This document shows positions 25,675 through 38,022 of a stretch of DNA of 64,000 nucleotides, one piece after another. The notes under the pieces were generated by a model. It saw nothing but the letters and a program-made list of their open reading frames with translations. It was not told the origin of the DNA and ran no database searches. The DNA is from Chiloscyllium plagiosum (lineage: Eukaryota). The position numbers and the translations under genes were made by a program. Within the stretch, counting starts at the first letter, position 1. Each line of letters begins with the position of its first letter. The stretch covers positions 8,013,929 through 8,077,928 of the forward strand of contig NC_057759.1 in assembly GCF_004010195.1 (NCBI RefSeq), read 5' to 3'.

Positions 25675-27295
25675 TAGAGTATTCGAGATGTACAGCACGG
25701 AAACAAACCCTTTGGTCCAATTCGTCCATGCTGACCAGATATCCCAACCCAGTGTAGCCCCTCCAAACTCTTCCTATTCATATACCCATCCAAATGCCTT
25801 TTAAATGCTGCAATCGTACTAGCTTCCACCACTTCCTCTGGCAGCTCAGTCTATACACGCACCACCCTCTGCATGAAAACGTTGTCTCTGCGGTCTCTTT
25901 TATATCTTTCCGCTCTCATCCTAAACCTATTCCCTCTAGTTTTGGACTTCCCCACACCAGAGAAGAGGCTTTGTCTATTTGCCCTGTCCATGCCCCTCAT
26001 GATTTTATAGAGCTCAGCCTCCGACGCCCCAGTCTTTTTTTAGATTAGATTACTTTACAGTGTGGAAACAGGCCCTTCGGCCCAACAAGTCCACACCGAC
26101 CCGCCGAAGCGTAACCCACCCATACCCCTACATTTACCCCTTACCTAACACTACGGGCAATTTTAGCATGACCAATTCACCTGACCTGCACATCTTTGGA
26201 CTGTGGGAGGAAACCGGAGCACCCGGAGGAAACCCACGCAGACACGGGGAGAACGTGCAAACTCCACACAGTCAGTCGCCTGAGACGGGAATTGAACCCG
26301 GGTCTCTGGCGCTGCGAGGCAGCAGTGCTAACCACTGTGCCACCGTGCCGCCCACAAATCAAATTAGAGTATTCGAGATGTACAGCACGGAAACAAACCC
26401 TTTGGTCCAATTCGTCCATGCTGACCAGATATCCCAACCCAGTGTAGCCCCTCCAAACTCTTCCTATTCATATACCCATCCAAATGCAGTCCATCCAGTC
26501 TATTCAACTTTTCCCTATAGCTCAAATCCTCCGACCCTGGCAACATCCTTATAAATCTTTTCTGAACCCTTTCAAATTTCACAACATCTCTCCGATAGGA
26601 AGGAGACCATAATTGCATGCAGTATTCCAAAAGTGGCCTAACCAATGTCCTGTACAGCCGCAACATGACCTCCCAACTCCTGTACTCAGTATTCTGACTA
26701 ATAAAGGAAAGCATACCAATCTACCTATCCTATCTACCTGCTACTCCACTTTCAAGGAGCTATAAACCTGCACTCCAAGGTCTCTTTGTTCAGCAAAGCT
26801 CCCCAGGAACTTACCATTAAGTGTATAAGTCCTGCTAAAACTTGCTTTCCCAAAATACACCCCCTCGCATTTATCTAAATTAAACTCCATCTGCCACTTC
26901 TCAGCCCATTGGCTCATCTGATCAAGATCCCATTTTAATCTAAGGTAACCTTCTTTGCTGTGAACTACACCTCCAATTTTAGTGTCATTGCTGAATGATC
27001 TGAGAAAATTGAATAGGCAAGGACTGATTAGGGATAGTCCGTATGGCTTTGTGTGTGTGAGAAATCATGTCCCACTAACTTGATTGAGTTGTATGAAGAA
27101 GTAACGAAGAGGATTGATGATGGCAGAGTGGTGGACATGATCTATATGGACTTAAGTAAGGCGTGCAACAAGGTTCCTCATGGGAGACAGTTTAGCAGGT
27201 TAGATCTCATGGAATCTGAGATAACCTTCACTGTCCACTTTTCCACCAATCTTACTACCCATGCCTTCTAAATTCTCATTTAAATCATTTATATA
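25675..27295 (-). mobile_element. CR1 LINE 3' part, interrupted by a SINE and a plus-strand RT fragment (about 26990-27215)
   Basis: LYRTLVRPLLEYCMQLWSP on the minus strand; MDLSKACNKVPH on the plus strand. Confidence 0.8.
26040..26353 (-). mobile_element. Full-length, young HE1-type SINE
   Basis: Reverse complement begins GGGCGGCACGGTGGCACAGTGGTTAGCACTGCTGCCTC; B box GGTTCAATTCCC; (TAATC)n tail; CpGs retained. Confidence 0.93.
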
Positions 27296-30200
27296 AATTG
27301 AATTGAATTTATTGTCATGTGTACAGAGGCACAGTTAAAAGCTTTGTCTTGCAAGCAGTACAGGCAGATTACATAGTTAACTGGCATAGATAAGTAAATA
27401 ATAAGTAAACAGTGGCAAAAACAAAAACACGTGTACAGGCGAATGTTGAGTTTGAGAGTCCATTCAGTACTCTAACAACAGTAGGGTAGAAATTGTTTTG
27501 AAACTGGCTGATGCGTGTATTCAGACTTCTGTACCTTCACTCCGATGGTAGAGGTTGTAGAAAAACATTGCCAGGGTGGGATGGATCTTTCAGAATGCTG
27601 GCGACCTTTCCTTGACCGGGGAGCCTGGTAGATGGATTCTATAGATGAGAGGTTGGCGTTTGTTCCGGGCCGTGTTCACCACTCCCTGTAACTGATTCCA
27701 ATCTTGAATGGTACAGTTGCCATACCAGGTAGTGGTACATCCAGACAGAATGCTCTCGATGGCACGTCTATAAAAGTTGGCAAGGGTATTTGCCGTCATG
27801 CCAAATTTCCTCAGCTGCCTGAGGATGAAGAGATTTTGTTGGGCCTTTGTAACTAGTGCATCCACATGAAGAGTCCAGGAAAGCTTGTTGTTGATGATCA
27901 CTCCAAGAAGCTTTTCACTCTCCACTAGTTCCACCTCTGTCCTATTAATATGTAGGGGCATGAGTAACATCCTGCCGAAAGTCAATAATGAATTCCTTTG
28001 TCTTGCTGGTATTGAAAGCTAGGTTGTTCTCAGTGCACCATTTTCCCAGGTATTCCATTTCCTCTCTGTAATCTGCTTCATCGCCATCTGAGATTCGACC
28101 ATCTAAGGTAACAGTGGCTGAAGGACCTGAATTTAAGGGAATTTATATTTGCCAGGAATTGGTGTTGGAGAGACTGTTAGGTCTGAAGGCTGATAAGTCC
28201 CCGGGGCCTGATGGTCTACATCCCAGGGTACTGAAGGAGGTGGCTCGAGAAATCTTGGATGCGTTGGTGATTATTTTCCAGAGTTCGATAGAATCGGGAT
28301 CAGTTCCTGCGGATTGGAGGGTGAGTAATGTTATACCACTTTTTAAGAAAGGTGGGAGAGAGAAATAGGAGGTTAGTGAGCAAAATTAGGGTGCATGGTA
28401 TTGGGGGCAAAGTACTGACTTGGATTGAAAGTTGGTTGGCTGACAGGAAACAAAGGGTAGTGATAAACGGCTCCATTTCAGGATGGCAGGCAGTGACCAG
28501 TGGGGTACCGCAAGGATCAGTGCTGGGACCGCAGTTTTTTACAATATATATTAATGATATAGAAGATGGTATTAGTAATAACATTAGCAAATTTGCTGAT
28601 GGTACTAAGCTGGGTGGCAGGGTGAAATGTGATGAGGATGTTAGGAGATTACAGGGTGACCTGGCCAGGTTACATGAGTGGTCAGGTGCATGGCCGATGC
28701 AGTTTAATGTGGATAAATGTATGGTTATCCACTTTGGTGGCAAGAACAGGAAGGCAGATTACTACCTAAATTGATTCCATTTAGGTAAAGGGGCAGTATA
28801 AAGAGATCTGGGTGTTCTTGTACACCAGTCAATGAAGGTAAGCATGCAGGTACAGCAGGTAGTGAAGAAGGCTAATAGCATGCTGGCCTTCATAACAAGA
28901 GAGATTGAGTATAGAAGCAAAGAGGTTCTTCTGCAGCTTTACAGGGCCCTGGTGAGACCACACCTGGAATATTGTGTGCAGTTCGGGTCTCCAACTTTGA
29001 GGAAAGACATTCTGGCTATTGAGGGAGTGCAGCGTAGGTTCACGAGGTCAATTCCTGGAATGGTGGGACTACCTTACGCTGAAAGACTGAAGCGACTGGG
29101 CTTGTATACCCTTGAGTTTAGAAGACTGAGAGGGGATCTGATTGAGACATATAAGATTATTAAACGATTGGACACTCTGGAGGCAGGAAACATGTTTCCG
29201 CTAATGGGTGAGTGCCGAACCAGAGGACACAGCTTAAAAATATAGGGTAGCCCATTTAGGACAGAGATGAGGAGAAACTTCTTTACCCAGAGAGTGGTGG
29301 CTGTGTGGAATGCTCTGCCCCCAGAGGGCAGTGGAGGCCCAGTTTCTGGATTCATTTAAGAAAGAGTTGGATAGAGCTCTCAAGGATAGTGGAATCAAGG
29401 GTTATGGAGATAAGGCAGGAACAGGATACTGATTAAGAATGATCAGCCATGATCATGTTGAATGGTGGTGCTGGCTCGAAGGGCAGAATGGCCTATTCCT
29501 GCACCTATTGTCTATTGTCTATTGACCGACAATGGTGGTATCATCAGCAAACTTGTAAATAGCATTAGTCTAGTATTTGGCAACGCAGTCATGATATGTA
29601 GTGAGTACAGTAGGGGGCTGAGTACACACCTCTGAGGGGCTCCAGTGTTGAGTGTTAGTGAGGATGAAATATTGTCCCCAATCTTCTGATTGTGGCTTGT
29701 GGGTCAGGAAACTGAGAATCCAGTTGCAGAGATCTCTAAGCTTAATAATCAGTCTTGAGAGAATAATAGTCTTGAAGGCTGAACTGTAGTCAATGACTAG
29801 GATTCTTACGTAGCTGCTTTTGGTGTCAAGATGTTCTAGGGAGGAGTGAATGGCAAGTGATATGACATCTGATGTGGATCTATTGGTCCGATAGGCAAAT
29901 TGGAGTGGGCCAAGAGTAGTGGGAAGGCTGGAGTTGATTAATGCCATGACCAGCCTTTCAAAGCACTTCATGACCACCGAAGTTAGGGCCACTGGGCGGT
30001 AGTCATTGAGACATGCTGCATGAGCCTTCTTTGGATGATGTTGTCCCTCTTGAAACAGGGAGGGACAGTGGCCTGCTGCATAAAGAGGTTGAAGATGTCC
30101 GAGAAGACCTCTGCACGTGCTCTGAGTGCAAGACCTGGTACTCCGTCTGGTCTCATTGCTTTTCTTGGATTCATACGAAGGAAAAGTGATCTGACCTCTG

Positions 30201-30305
30201 ACGCAGTGACTATTGGGATAGGTTTGTCAGGACTTGTTGGAATAGGTATTAACTCTCTGCCGAAATTCCGCTCAGTGCTAATAGACAAGAATAAAAGTGG
30301 ACCGA
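27296..30305 (-). mobile_element. Rex1/Babar-type non-LTR retrotransposon, split by a CR1 insertion
   Basis: ALTSVVMKCFERLV, LQFAYRTNRST, YVRILVIDYSSAF, FYRRAIESILSGCTTTWYG; (CAATT)n tail at 27296-27310. Confidence 0.88.
28102..29523 (+). mobile_element. Young 5'-truncated CR1 LINE nested in the Rex1 element
   Basis: [35 protein letters not shown]; (CTATTGT)n tail. Confidence 0.93.
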
Positions 30306-30518
30306 TTTCTGGGTAACACTGCTGGTCACAGGCTTCCGTTCCGAGAAACAACCCTCCACCATGATTCTGTCTCCTGCCATTAAGCTAATTTTCTATCCAA
30401 TTGACAATCCCACCCTGAACTCCTAGAGTATATCTGTAGGTTATCTTGGGATTCTCCCTAATCTTTCCTGTCAGTGTTTCTCATGCCCCCTCTTTGCTCT
30501 GCTAACTGTTTTCTTAAA

Positions 30519-30824
30519 TGTTAGCACTGCTGCCTCACAGCGCCAGAGACCCGGGTTCAATTCCGGCCTCAGGCGACTCTCTGTGTGGAGTTTGCACATT
30601 CTCCCCGTGTCTGCGTGGTTTTCCTCCAGATGCTCCGGTTTCCTCCCACAATCCAAAAATGTGCAGGTTAGGTGAATTGGCCATGCTAAATTGCCTGTAG
30701 TGTTAGGTGAAGGGGTAAATGTAGGAGAATGGGTCTGGGTGACTTATGCTTCAATGGGTCGGTGTGGACTTGTTGGGCCGAAGGGCCTGTTTCCACACTG
30801 TAAATAATCTAATCTAATCTAATC
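30519..30824 (+). mobile_element. HE1-type SINE, slightly 5'-truncated
   Basis: GTTAGCACTGCTGCCTCACAG...GGTTCAATTCC; (TAATC)n tail. Confidence 0.92.
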
Positions 30825-31383
30825 ACTTCTCTTCGGCCTCCACTGTTTTGCTCCCGATGTATCTGTCATGTGCTCCTTTTTTCCTTTTTATTCAACCTTG
30901 GATATTCCAAGATATCCATGCTTCTCTGGCGTTGTTGCTTCTATACATCACCCTAAAGGGAACATGTTGAGCATGTACCCAATTCCTTTTTAAGTACCTC
31001 CCACTGTTCTGCTGTTGATCTAGCTACAAGCAGCTGTTTCCAAGTATAATTTGGCCAGATCCTGCCTTATTTTAATAAAATCTGCCTTCCCCCAATCCAA
31101 ACCCTTTTTTTGTAGACTATCTTTGTCCTTTTCCAAACAAACATAAATGATATGGGTTCTGAGAAAGGGTCACCAAACTTGAAAAGTTAGCTTTGATTTC
31201 TCTTCACAGATGTTGCTGAGCTTTTCTAGCAATTTCTGTATTTATTTCTGAGTTATAGCACCCGTCGGTCTTTTGGTTTGAATCTCCTATTCCTCTTGCT
31301 GATTGATGTTTTTCCTCAAGGATAGCTAATGGTTATGCTGTATAGGGATAATCTAGCAGATTGTGTCATATTTTGTTGGGCAG

Positions 31384-31490
31384 GTGTACCACTGGTTGGA
31401 AACCTGAGAACAAGGCTACTTGCTCTTCATGTTCTGGAAGCAGTATTACCTGCCTGTGAATCAAGTGTAGAAGATGATCAAATGACACAG
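31384..31490 (+). CDS. HERC1: HERC1 exon 6, 107 nt, VPLVGNLRTRLLALHVLEAVLPACE...QMTQ
   Basis: gggcag|GT ... CAG|gtaagt; phase 1-0. Confidence 0.95.
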
Positions 31491-31539
31491 GTAAGTAGAA
31501 AGATCATTTTTAACGATAACAATATATGTGCTCATGTTG

Positions 31540-32545
31540 TGAGTCATAGAGTCCGACAGCACAGAGACAAGCCCTTTGGCCTAAACAGTCCACGCCGGCC
31601 AAAATATCCATATATGCGAACCCCATTTCCCTGTCTTGGCCCAAATCCTTTTCAGGGTTTAGACCAGAGTGGTGCTGGAAAAGCACAGCAGGTCAGGCAG
31701 CATCCGAGGAGCAGGAAAGTTGACGTTTCGGCCAAAAGCCCTTCATCAGGCCCAAAACGTCGATTTTCCTGCTCCTCGGCTGCTGCCTGACCTGCTGTGC
31801 TTTTCCAGCACCACTCTGACCTAAACTCTGGTTTCCAGCATCTGCAGTCCTCACTTTTGCCAAATCCTTCTAAACCTTTCCTACGCATGTATTTGTCCAA
31901 ATGCCTTTTAAATGTGCTGGCAGCTCATTCCACATGTGTATCACCCTCTGTTTAAAAAAAGTTGCCCCTCAGGTTCCCTTTTATTCTTTTCTCTCTAACC
32001 TTAAACTGATGGCCTTTAATCCACAATTCCCCAACCCTGGGAAAAAGTGAGTACATTCACCCTATCCATGCCTCTCATGATGTTATACATTCGTATAAGC
32101 TTTCCCCTCAGTCACCTACACTGTAAAGAAAAATAGCTTGTCTAACTTCTCCTGTCACGCAGACCCTTGAGTCCTAGCAACATCCTTGTAAATGTCTTCT
32201 ACGTTCTTTTCAGTTTAATAACATCCTTCCTGTAGCAAGGTGACCAAAACTGAGCACAATACTCCAAGTGCAGCCTCACCAATGTCCTGTACAACTGCAA
32301 CATAACTTTCCAACTTCTATACTCCTTAAGGCCCTATCATTCACCGTGAAATTCCTACCTTAAATAGGCTTTGCGGAGTGAAAGACCTCACACTGGTCTA
32401 TATTAAACTCCATTTGCCATTTCTTGGCTCACTTCCACAGCTGATAAAGGTCCTGCTGCAATTTCTGGTAACCTTCCTCATTGTCCGTGATACTGCCTAT
32501 TTTCGTGTCATCTGCCTTGTACATACTCATCCAAATCATTGATAT
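31540..32545 (-). mobile_element. CR1 LINE 3' part, with a PLE hairpin inserted in its 3' UTR
   Basis: GAGTCATAGAGTC tail; the reverse complement of CACAATACTCCAAGTG encodes HLEYC. Confidence 0.8.
31651..31859 (+). mobile_element. PLE-derived fold-back element (ACGT-hammerhead family)
   Basis: TSD CCAAATCCTT (31641-31650 and 31860-31869); inverted arms; minus-strand CCTGATGAAGGGCTTTTGGCCGAAACGTCA at 31721-31750; tail CCAGCATCTGCAGTCCTCACTTT. Confidence 0.85.
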
Positions 32546-33169
32546 AAAAAGCAAAGAGAATAAGAAAGAAACAGTTTCCCTTCAGAAAGAGAGAACAGTC
32601 CAGACAGTCCAGTGTGAATGTTTTTTTTCAGTGTGTTTGTGTGTAGGTTTCTTTTGAAGAGGAAAGGGCTGTACCAGCAGTTGTGCAGGTAAGCAGTCTC
32701 CTAAATAGACAGGGTAGGAGAAAGAAGATCTGAGAAGCTCCAGAAACTGAACGTTGTGGAATAGGGTTTTAAGAGACTCTTATAAAGATAAGTCAGCTAT
32801 GTTAGCAGTTTGTCAAAGTAATATTAACAATAGTAACAAGTGAATGCAGATGTTAGATGGAAAGAAAACAAATTTGGCTATTCCAACTGAACACTGAGCT
32901 TTGAACTGGAAGCAGGGTGACTGCCACTGACATTTGTCTGAGTATCTGTAGGCTGGCTCAGTGAAAAAGGGTTAAATCTTTATATTACTGACATTTGTAA
33001 AAAAGTATTTCAAACAATTCTTATAAAGTGTAAAGTAGCTTTTTTTCCCTTTATGTGTAATAAATTTTGATGTTCGTTCATTAGAAATACATTGGCAGCC
33101 ACTTTGTGCATATGTTCAGCAACTGATTAGCAAAAATAAAACTTAGGGTCAATCAAGCTAGGTTTCCTG

Positions 33170-33780
33170 TCGAGGAAACATAACAGTAATTTCTGGAAAA
33201 GCACAGCTAACGTAGTAGCATCTGTGGAGAGAAATTGGAGTTCCACAAGACAAGTATTCCCTCCCCTCCCTTGTCAGCCTTCCACAGGGACCCTCCTGTG
33301 TGAGACCCTGGTCCACCCGTCCTTCACTTCCAACCTCGCCTGCCACACACACACACAACCCCAAGCTGGCAACAAGAAACCGTCATTGCCATCTAAAGTG
33401 CCCTGCCGCCGTCTGCACCCATGTGCAGAAAAGTTAGGGTTTGAGATGCCCCGTCTCCTTGCTGCAAACCCTATAAACCAGGCCTTATTATCACATGGTC
33501 TGCTATTACACACAACTCGTTGTTAGCCACTAACAGTCCCCATTAGTAGCTATTCACCTCCTGGCCAGATCATTGCCTAATACTTTGTCTGTCCAACTGT
33601 TGTTCTCTCTCTTTGAGCTCTATCTCCACCTATCATTTAATCCTTATTCCCTTCCCGCTCCCTATCTTCTTCATATAAACCAACATTTTCCTAATTAACA
33701 TAACTGATTTTTCTCCACAGATGCTGCCAGACTTGCTGAACTATTCCAGCAATTTCTGTTTTTGTTTCTGATTTAGCTCA
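33170..33780 (+). mobile_element. Old PLE-derived fragment with inverted ends
   Basis: CTGGAAAAGCACAGC...CATCTGTGGAGA at the left mirrors TCTCCACAGATGCTGCC...TTCCAGCAATTTCTG at the right; related fragments lie near 31155-31280 and 62580-62705. Confidence 0.55.
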
Positions 33781-33804
33781 TCCTCTATTGAAATGATGCT
33801 TAAA

Positions 33805-34075
33805 TTCTCTACAGTTGGAAATAGGCCCTTCAGCCCAACTAGTCCACACCGACCCTCTGAACACAGACCCATTTCCCTCTGACTAATGTACGTAACATTA
33901 TGGGCAATTTACCATGGCCAATTCACCTGACCTGTACATCTTTGGAATGTTGGAGGAAACCCACACAGACACTGAGAGAATGTGCAAACTCCACACAGAC
34001 AGTTGCCCGAGGCTGGAATTGAACCTGGGACCCTGGTGCTGTGAGGCAACAGTGATAACCACTGAGCCACCGTGT
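33805..34075 (-). mobile_element. HE1-type SINE, decayed
   Basis: TGTGCAAACTCCACACAGAC core and CACTGAGCCACCGTG head. Confidence 0.85.
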
Positions 34076-34314
34076 CCTTTTCATAACACTAAGTATTTCT
34101 GTTTATAAATTACAGCATTTTTAATAATGAATGATTATAAACTCCCTTGTACTTTAAACTCTCTGGTTTAAAATCTTGTGATATGTCGATGCACAAAATA
34201 CTTTGTGTTTAAGAATAGGAAGCTCTGTTCAGTCTATCGAGTGAGAGAAATTTCAGGCACTGTTTGCTGTCTATTCATGTTCTGTCTATTGTCTATTTTG
34301 TTTTATATTTCTAG

Positions 34315-34425
34315 GTTGTGGAACATCTTTTCTTGCTTATCTCTGATTGCATGTGGGAGGCACCAATTGCTCAGGCAAAACATATGATTCAAGCAAAGGA
34401 GAAAGAGCAAGAAATTAAATTTCAG
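34315..34425 (+). CDS. HERC1: HERC1 exon 7, 111 nt, VVEHLFLLISDCMWEAPIAQAKH...EIKFQ
   Basis: tttctag|GTT ... CAG|gtacat; phase 0-0. Confidence 0.95.
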
Positions 34426-34783
34426 GTACATATGCACATTATTTGGAGGAAGTTGATTTCCTTTCCTTTTAGGCTAACAAATCAAAAGAATAGCATGACT
34501 GAAACAAGAGTTCAAAATGAGAATAAATTGAAGGAAAAATTAGGAGAACATTAATCAAGTAATTATGGGGACTGATCATTACAATACACAGCTAAGCTTC
34601 TACAATGTGTGAATTTGAGCAAGGAAGGAATGCAGAGCAAGTTAGGGGCTATTAGAAAATGCAGTAAAAGATTTAATGCTAGTTAGGCAATACCAAATAT
34701 TTAAAGTACTACAGGGTCCATAACAGATATACATTTCTCTGAGGCACATGCACACAATGGGGAAGTTGAATCATCTGTGGCTC

Positions 34784-35330
34784 TGTTATGGACCAGATCA
34801 AACTTTCTTCAGATCTATTAAGAAGATGGCCAAGACCTTAAATTTTATTTAAAAGCAAGGGTAAGGCGCCTGTGTTTCAGATGTAATTTGATTGGTCATG
34901 CTACTACGCTTTAAGCAAGTTACATTTTATTCTTACACACAGTCAAAATACAAACAAAACAATGAAGAATTGGTATAACTTTAACTCTATTTGGTAAACT
35001 TTAATAGTTAAATAATCGAAGAATAATAGATTATTTAACTATTAAAGAACAACTGTTCCAATATAATAACATCACATAAATGTACACTTGACAAAGACAA
35101 ATTCAGTAAAATAGATTGTCTCATATACAATGTTTCTCCAGTCCAAGAGAAAAGAACACACAGAGAAAATTCTTGCAAAGAGAGAGAACCCCAGCCTTAT
35201 GCTGTGGCTGAGAGAGATGAAACAGCTTCCGTAACAAAACACAAACAACTGAAAACTAAACTCCTGATACTTTAGGAGCTTGACTGTACCCATTTACACT
35301 GCATCTATTGTTCTAATTTAAAAAAACCTA
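34784..35330 (-). mobile_element. Probable solo LTR of the same Gypsy lineage as 44135/47093
   Basis: Begins TGTTATGGACCAG, the reverse complement of the LTR end CTGGTCCATAA(C/T)A; internal blocks match the reverse complement of the 44.5-kb LTR. Confidence 0.6.
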
Positions 35331-38022
35331 GGGGGTGGGTGATCAGTCAGAAATCATGGTACACATCGGTACCAATGACAAAACCAAGAAAAGGGATGAG
35401 GACCTAAAAAGCGAATATAAGGAATTAGGGTAGAAGCTAAAAGGCAGGACGATAGAATAGTAATCTAAGGATTGTTATCAGTGCCATGGGCTAGTGAGGC
35501 TTGGAACAGAGAGCGAGTGCAGCTGATCATGTGGCCGCAGAGCTGGTGTAGGAGTGAGGGCTTCAGATATGTGGATCATTGGGATACCTTCTGGGGAAGG
35601 TGGGACATGTACAAGAAGGAACGGTTGCACCTGAACTGGAGGGGCAGCAATATCCTGGGCGGGAGGCTTACAAGGATTGCTTGGCAGGGGGATAGGAGCT
35701 ACAGATCACAGGATGCAATAGCCGGTGAACAGGCAGATACAGTATGCAAAGAATCTGTGAGGAAGGATAGATAGTTGATAGGGCAAAGTTACAGTCAGTG
35801 TGATGGGTTTAAGGTGTCTATTTTAACACAAGAAGTATCAGGAATAAGGGTGATGAACTTCGAACATGGATAAGTACTTGGAGCTCCGATGTTGGGGCCA
35901 TTACGGAGACTTGGACATCACAGGGGCAGGAATGGTTCTTGGATGTTCCGGAGTTTAGATGTTTCAGAAGGAATAGGAAGGGAGGTAAAAGAGGTGTAGG
36001 GTGGCATTGCTAATCAGGGATAGTATCACAGCTGTAGAAAGGTAGATCGTCGAGAAGGGTTTGTCTACTGAGTCAGTATGGGTGGAAGTCAGAAACATTA
36101 AATGAGCAGTCACTTTTTTGAGAGTTTTCTATAGGCCCCCCCAAAAGCAACAGAGACATGGAGGAGCAGATTATGAGATAGATTTTGTAAAGGTGCAGAA
36201 GTAACATGGTTGTTGTCATGGGTGACTTCAACTTCCCTGATATTGATTGGAACTTCCTTAGTACAAATAGTTTGCATGGAGCATATTTTGTCAGGTGTAT
36301 CTAGGAAGGATGTCTATGCCTATGTAGATAGACTGACTAGAGGAGGGGGGGGGCATATTGGATTTGAAGGTTGGAGGTCAGATATCAGGTCTGTAGGAGG
36401 CAGAGCATTTCAGTGATAGTGATCACAACTCCCTGATCTTTATTATAGTCATGGAGAGGGATGGAGCAGATAGGAAGGTATTTAATTGGGGGTGTGTGAG
36501 AATTACAGTGCTATCCAGCAGGAACTGTGGAGCATATATTGGGAGCAGACCAGGGAAATGCACAACAGAAATGTGGAGGTTGTTTAGGAAACACTTGCTC
36601 TGAGTGCTAGGTAGGCTTGTCCCACTGAAGCAAGGAAGGGATGGTAAGGTAAAGGAACCTTGGATGACAAGAGATGTGGCACATCTAGTCAAGAGGAAGA
36701 AGTAAGCTTACTTAAGGGTGAGGAAGCAAGGATCAGACAGGGCTCTAGAAGGTTACAAGGTAATCAGGAAGGAATTGAAGAATGGCCTTAGGAGAGCTAG
36801 TAGGAAGCATGATGAAGCCTTGGCAGTAGGATTAAGGAAAATCCCAAGGTGTTCTATATTTATGTGAGTAACAAGAGGATGACCAAAGTGAGGGTAGGGC
36901 CAATGAGAGATATTGGAGGGAACTTGTGCCTGAGGTCGTTCGAAAAGGTTGACGTTAAGAAGGAGGATGTGCTGAAAATTTTGAAAAACAGGTATGTTCC
37001 CTGGGCCAAACGGGATATAGTTGAAACTTTATTGCTGGAACAGCACAGCAGGTCAGGCAGCATCCAGGGAACAGGAGATTCGACGTTTCGGGCCTGTGCC
37101 CGAAACGTCGAATCTCCTGTTCCCTGGATGCTGCCTGACCTGCTGTGCTGTTCCAGCAATAAAGTTTCAACTTTGATCTCCAGCATCTGCAGACCTCACT
37201 TTCTCCAAACGGGATTTACCCAAGGTCACTATGGGAAGCGAGGGAAGAGATAGCTGTGCCTTTGGCAATGATTCTTGTGCCCTCACTGTTCACCGGAGTG
37301 GGACCAGATGATTGGTGGTTGGCAAATTTTATTCCCTTATTCAATAAAGGGAATAGGGACAACCCTGTGAATTACCGATAAGTCAATCTTACTTTGGCAG
37401 TAGGCAAATTATTGGAGAGGGTTGTGAGAGACAGGATCTATGATTATTTCAAAAGCTTGGTTAGGGAGAGTCAGTATGGCTTTTTGAGGGGCAGGTCATG
37501 CCTCACAACCCTTAGTGAATTCTTTAAGGATGTGACAAAACACATTGATGAAGGTAGAACAGTGGATGTGGTGTATGTGGATTTTAGCAAGGCATTTGAT
37601 AAGGTTCCCCATGGAAGCTCAATGAGAAAGTAAGGAGGCATGGGATACAGGGAAATCTGGTGGTCTGGGTACAGAGTTGGCTGGCCCATAGAAGACAGAG
37701 GGTGGTAGTAGATGAAAAGCATTCAGCCTGGAGCTCGGTGACCAGTGGTGTTCTACAGGAATCTGTTCTGGGTCCTCTCGTCTTTGTGATTTTTAGAAAT
37801 GACTTGGATGAGGAAGTCGAAGGGTGGGTTAGTAAGTTTACCAAGTACACAAAGAGTCAGATATATTAGGGACATTTAAGTGACTCCTGCAAAGGCACAT
37901 GAATGATAGTAAAATGAAGAGTATGTAGGTTAGTTTGATCTCAGAGTAGGATAAAAGATCAGCACAACATCGAGGGCCAAAGGGCCTGTGCTGTGCTGTA
38001 CTGCTTTACATTCTGTGTTCTA
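35331..38022 (+). mobile_element. CR1 LINE with an ORF1 esterase (SGNH-like) remnant and an internally deleted ORF2
   Basis: MVHIGTND and GFRYVDHWDTFWGRWDMYKKERLHLNW (ORF1); YVDFSKAFDKVPH (RT); same subfamily as 6560-9378. Confidence 0.9.
37017..37204 (+). mobile_element. Very young PLE-derived fold-back element with a perfect 75-bp inverted repeat
   Basis: Arms 37019-37093 and 37098-37172, loop CTGT; TSD CCAAACGGGAT (37006-37016 and 37205-37215) inside a CR1 ORF2. Confidence 0.92.

Noticed and set aside
26270..26353. tRNA genes at SINE heads (also 30519, 44612, 54222)
   Set aside because: A and B boxes run into SINE body sequence, with no complete cloverleaf or Pol III terminator.
37019..37172. 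miRNA precursor or MITE/DNA transposon
   Set aside because: The asymmetric tail, variable 10-14 bp TSDs across the family and similarity to the PLE terminal repeat point to Penelope-type retrotransposition; there is no evidence for miRNA processing.
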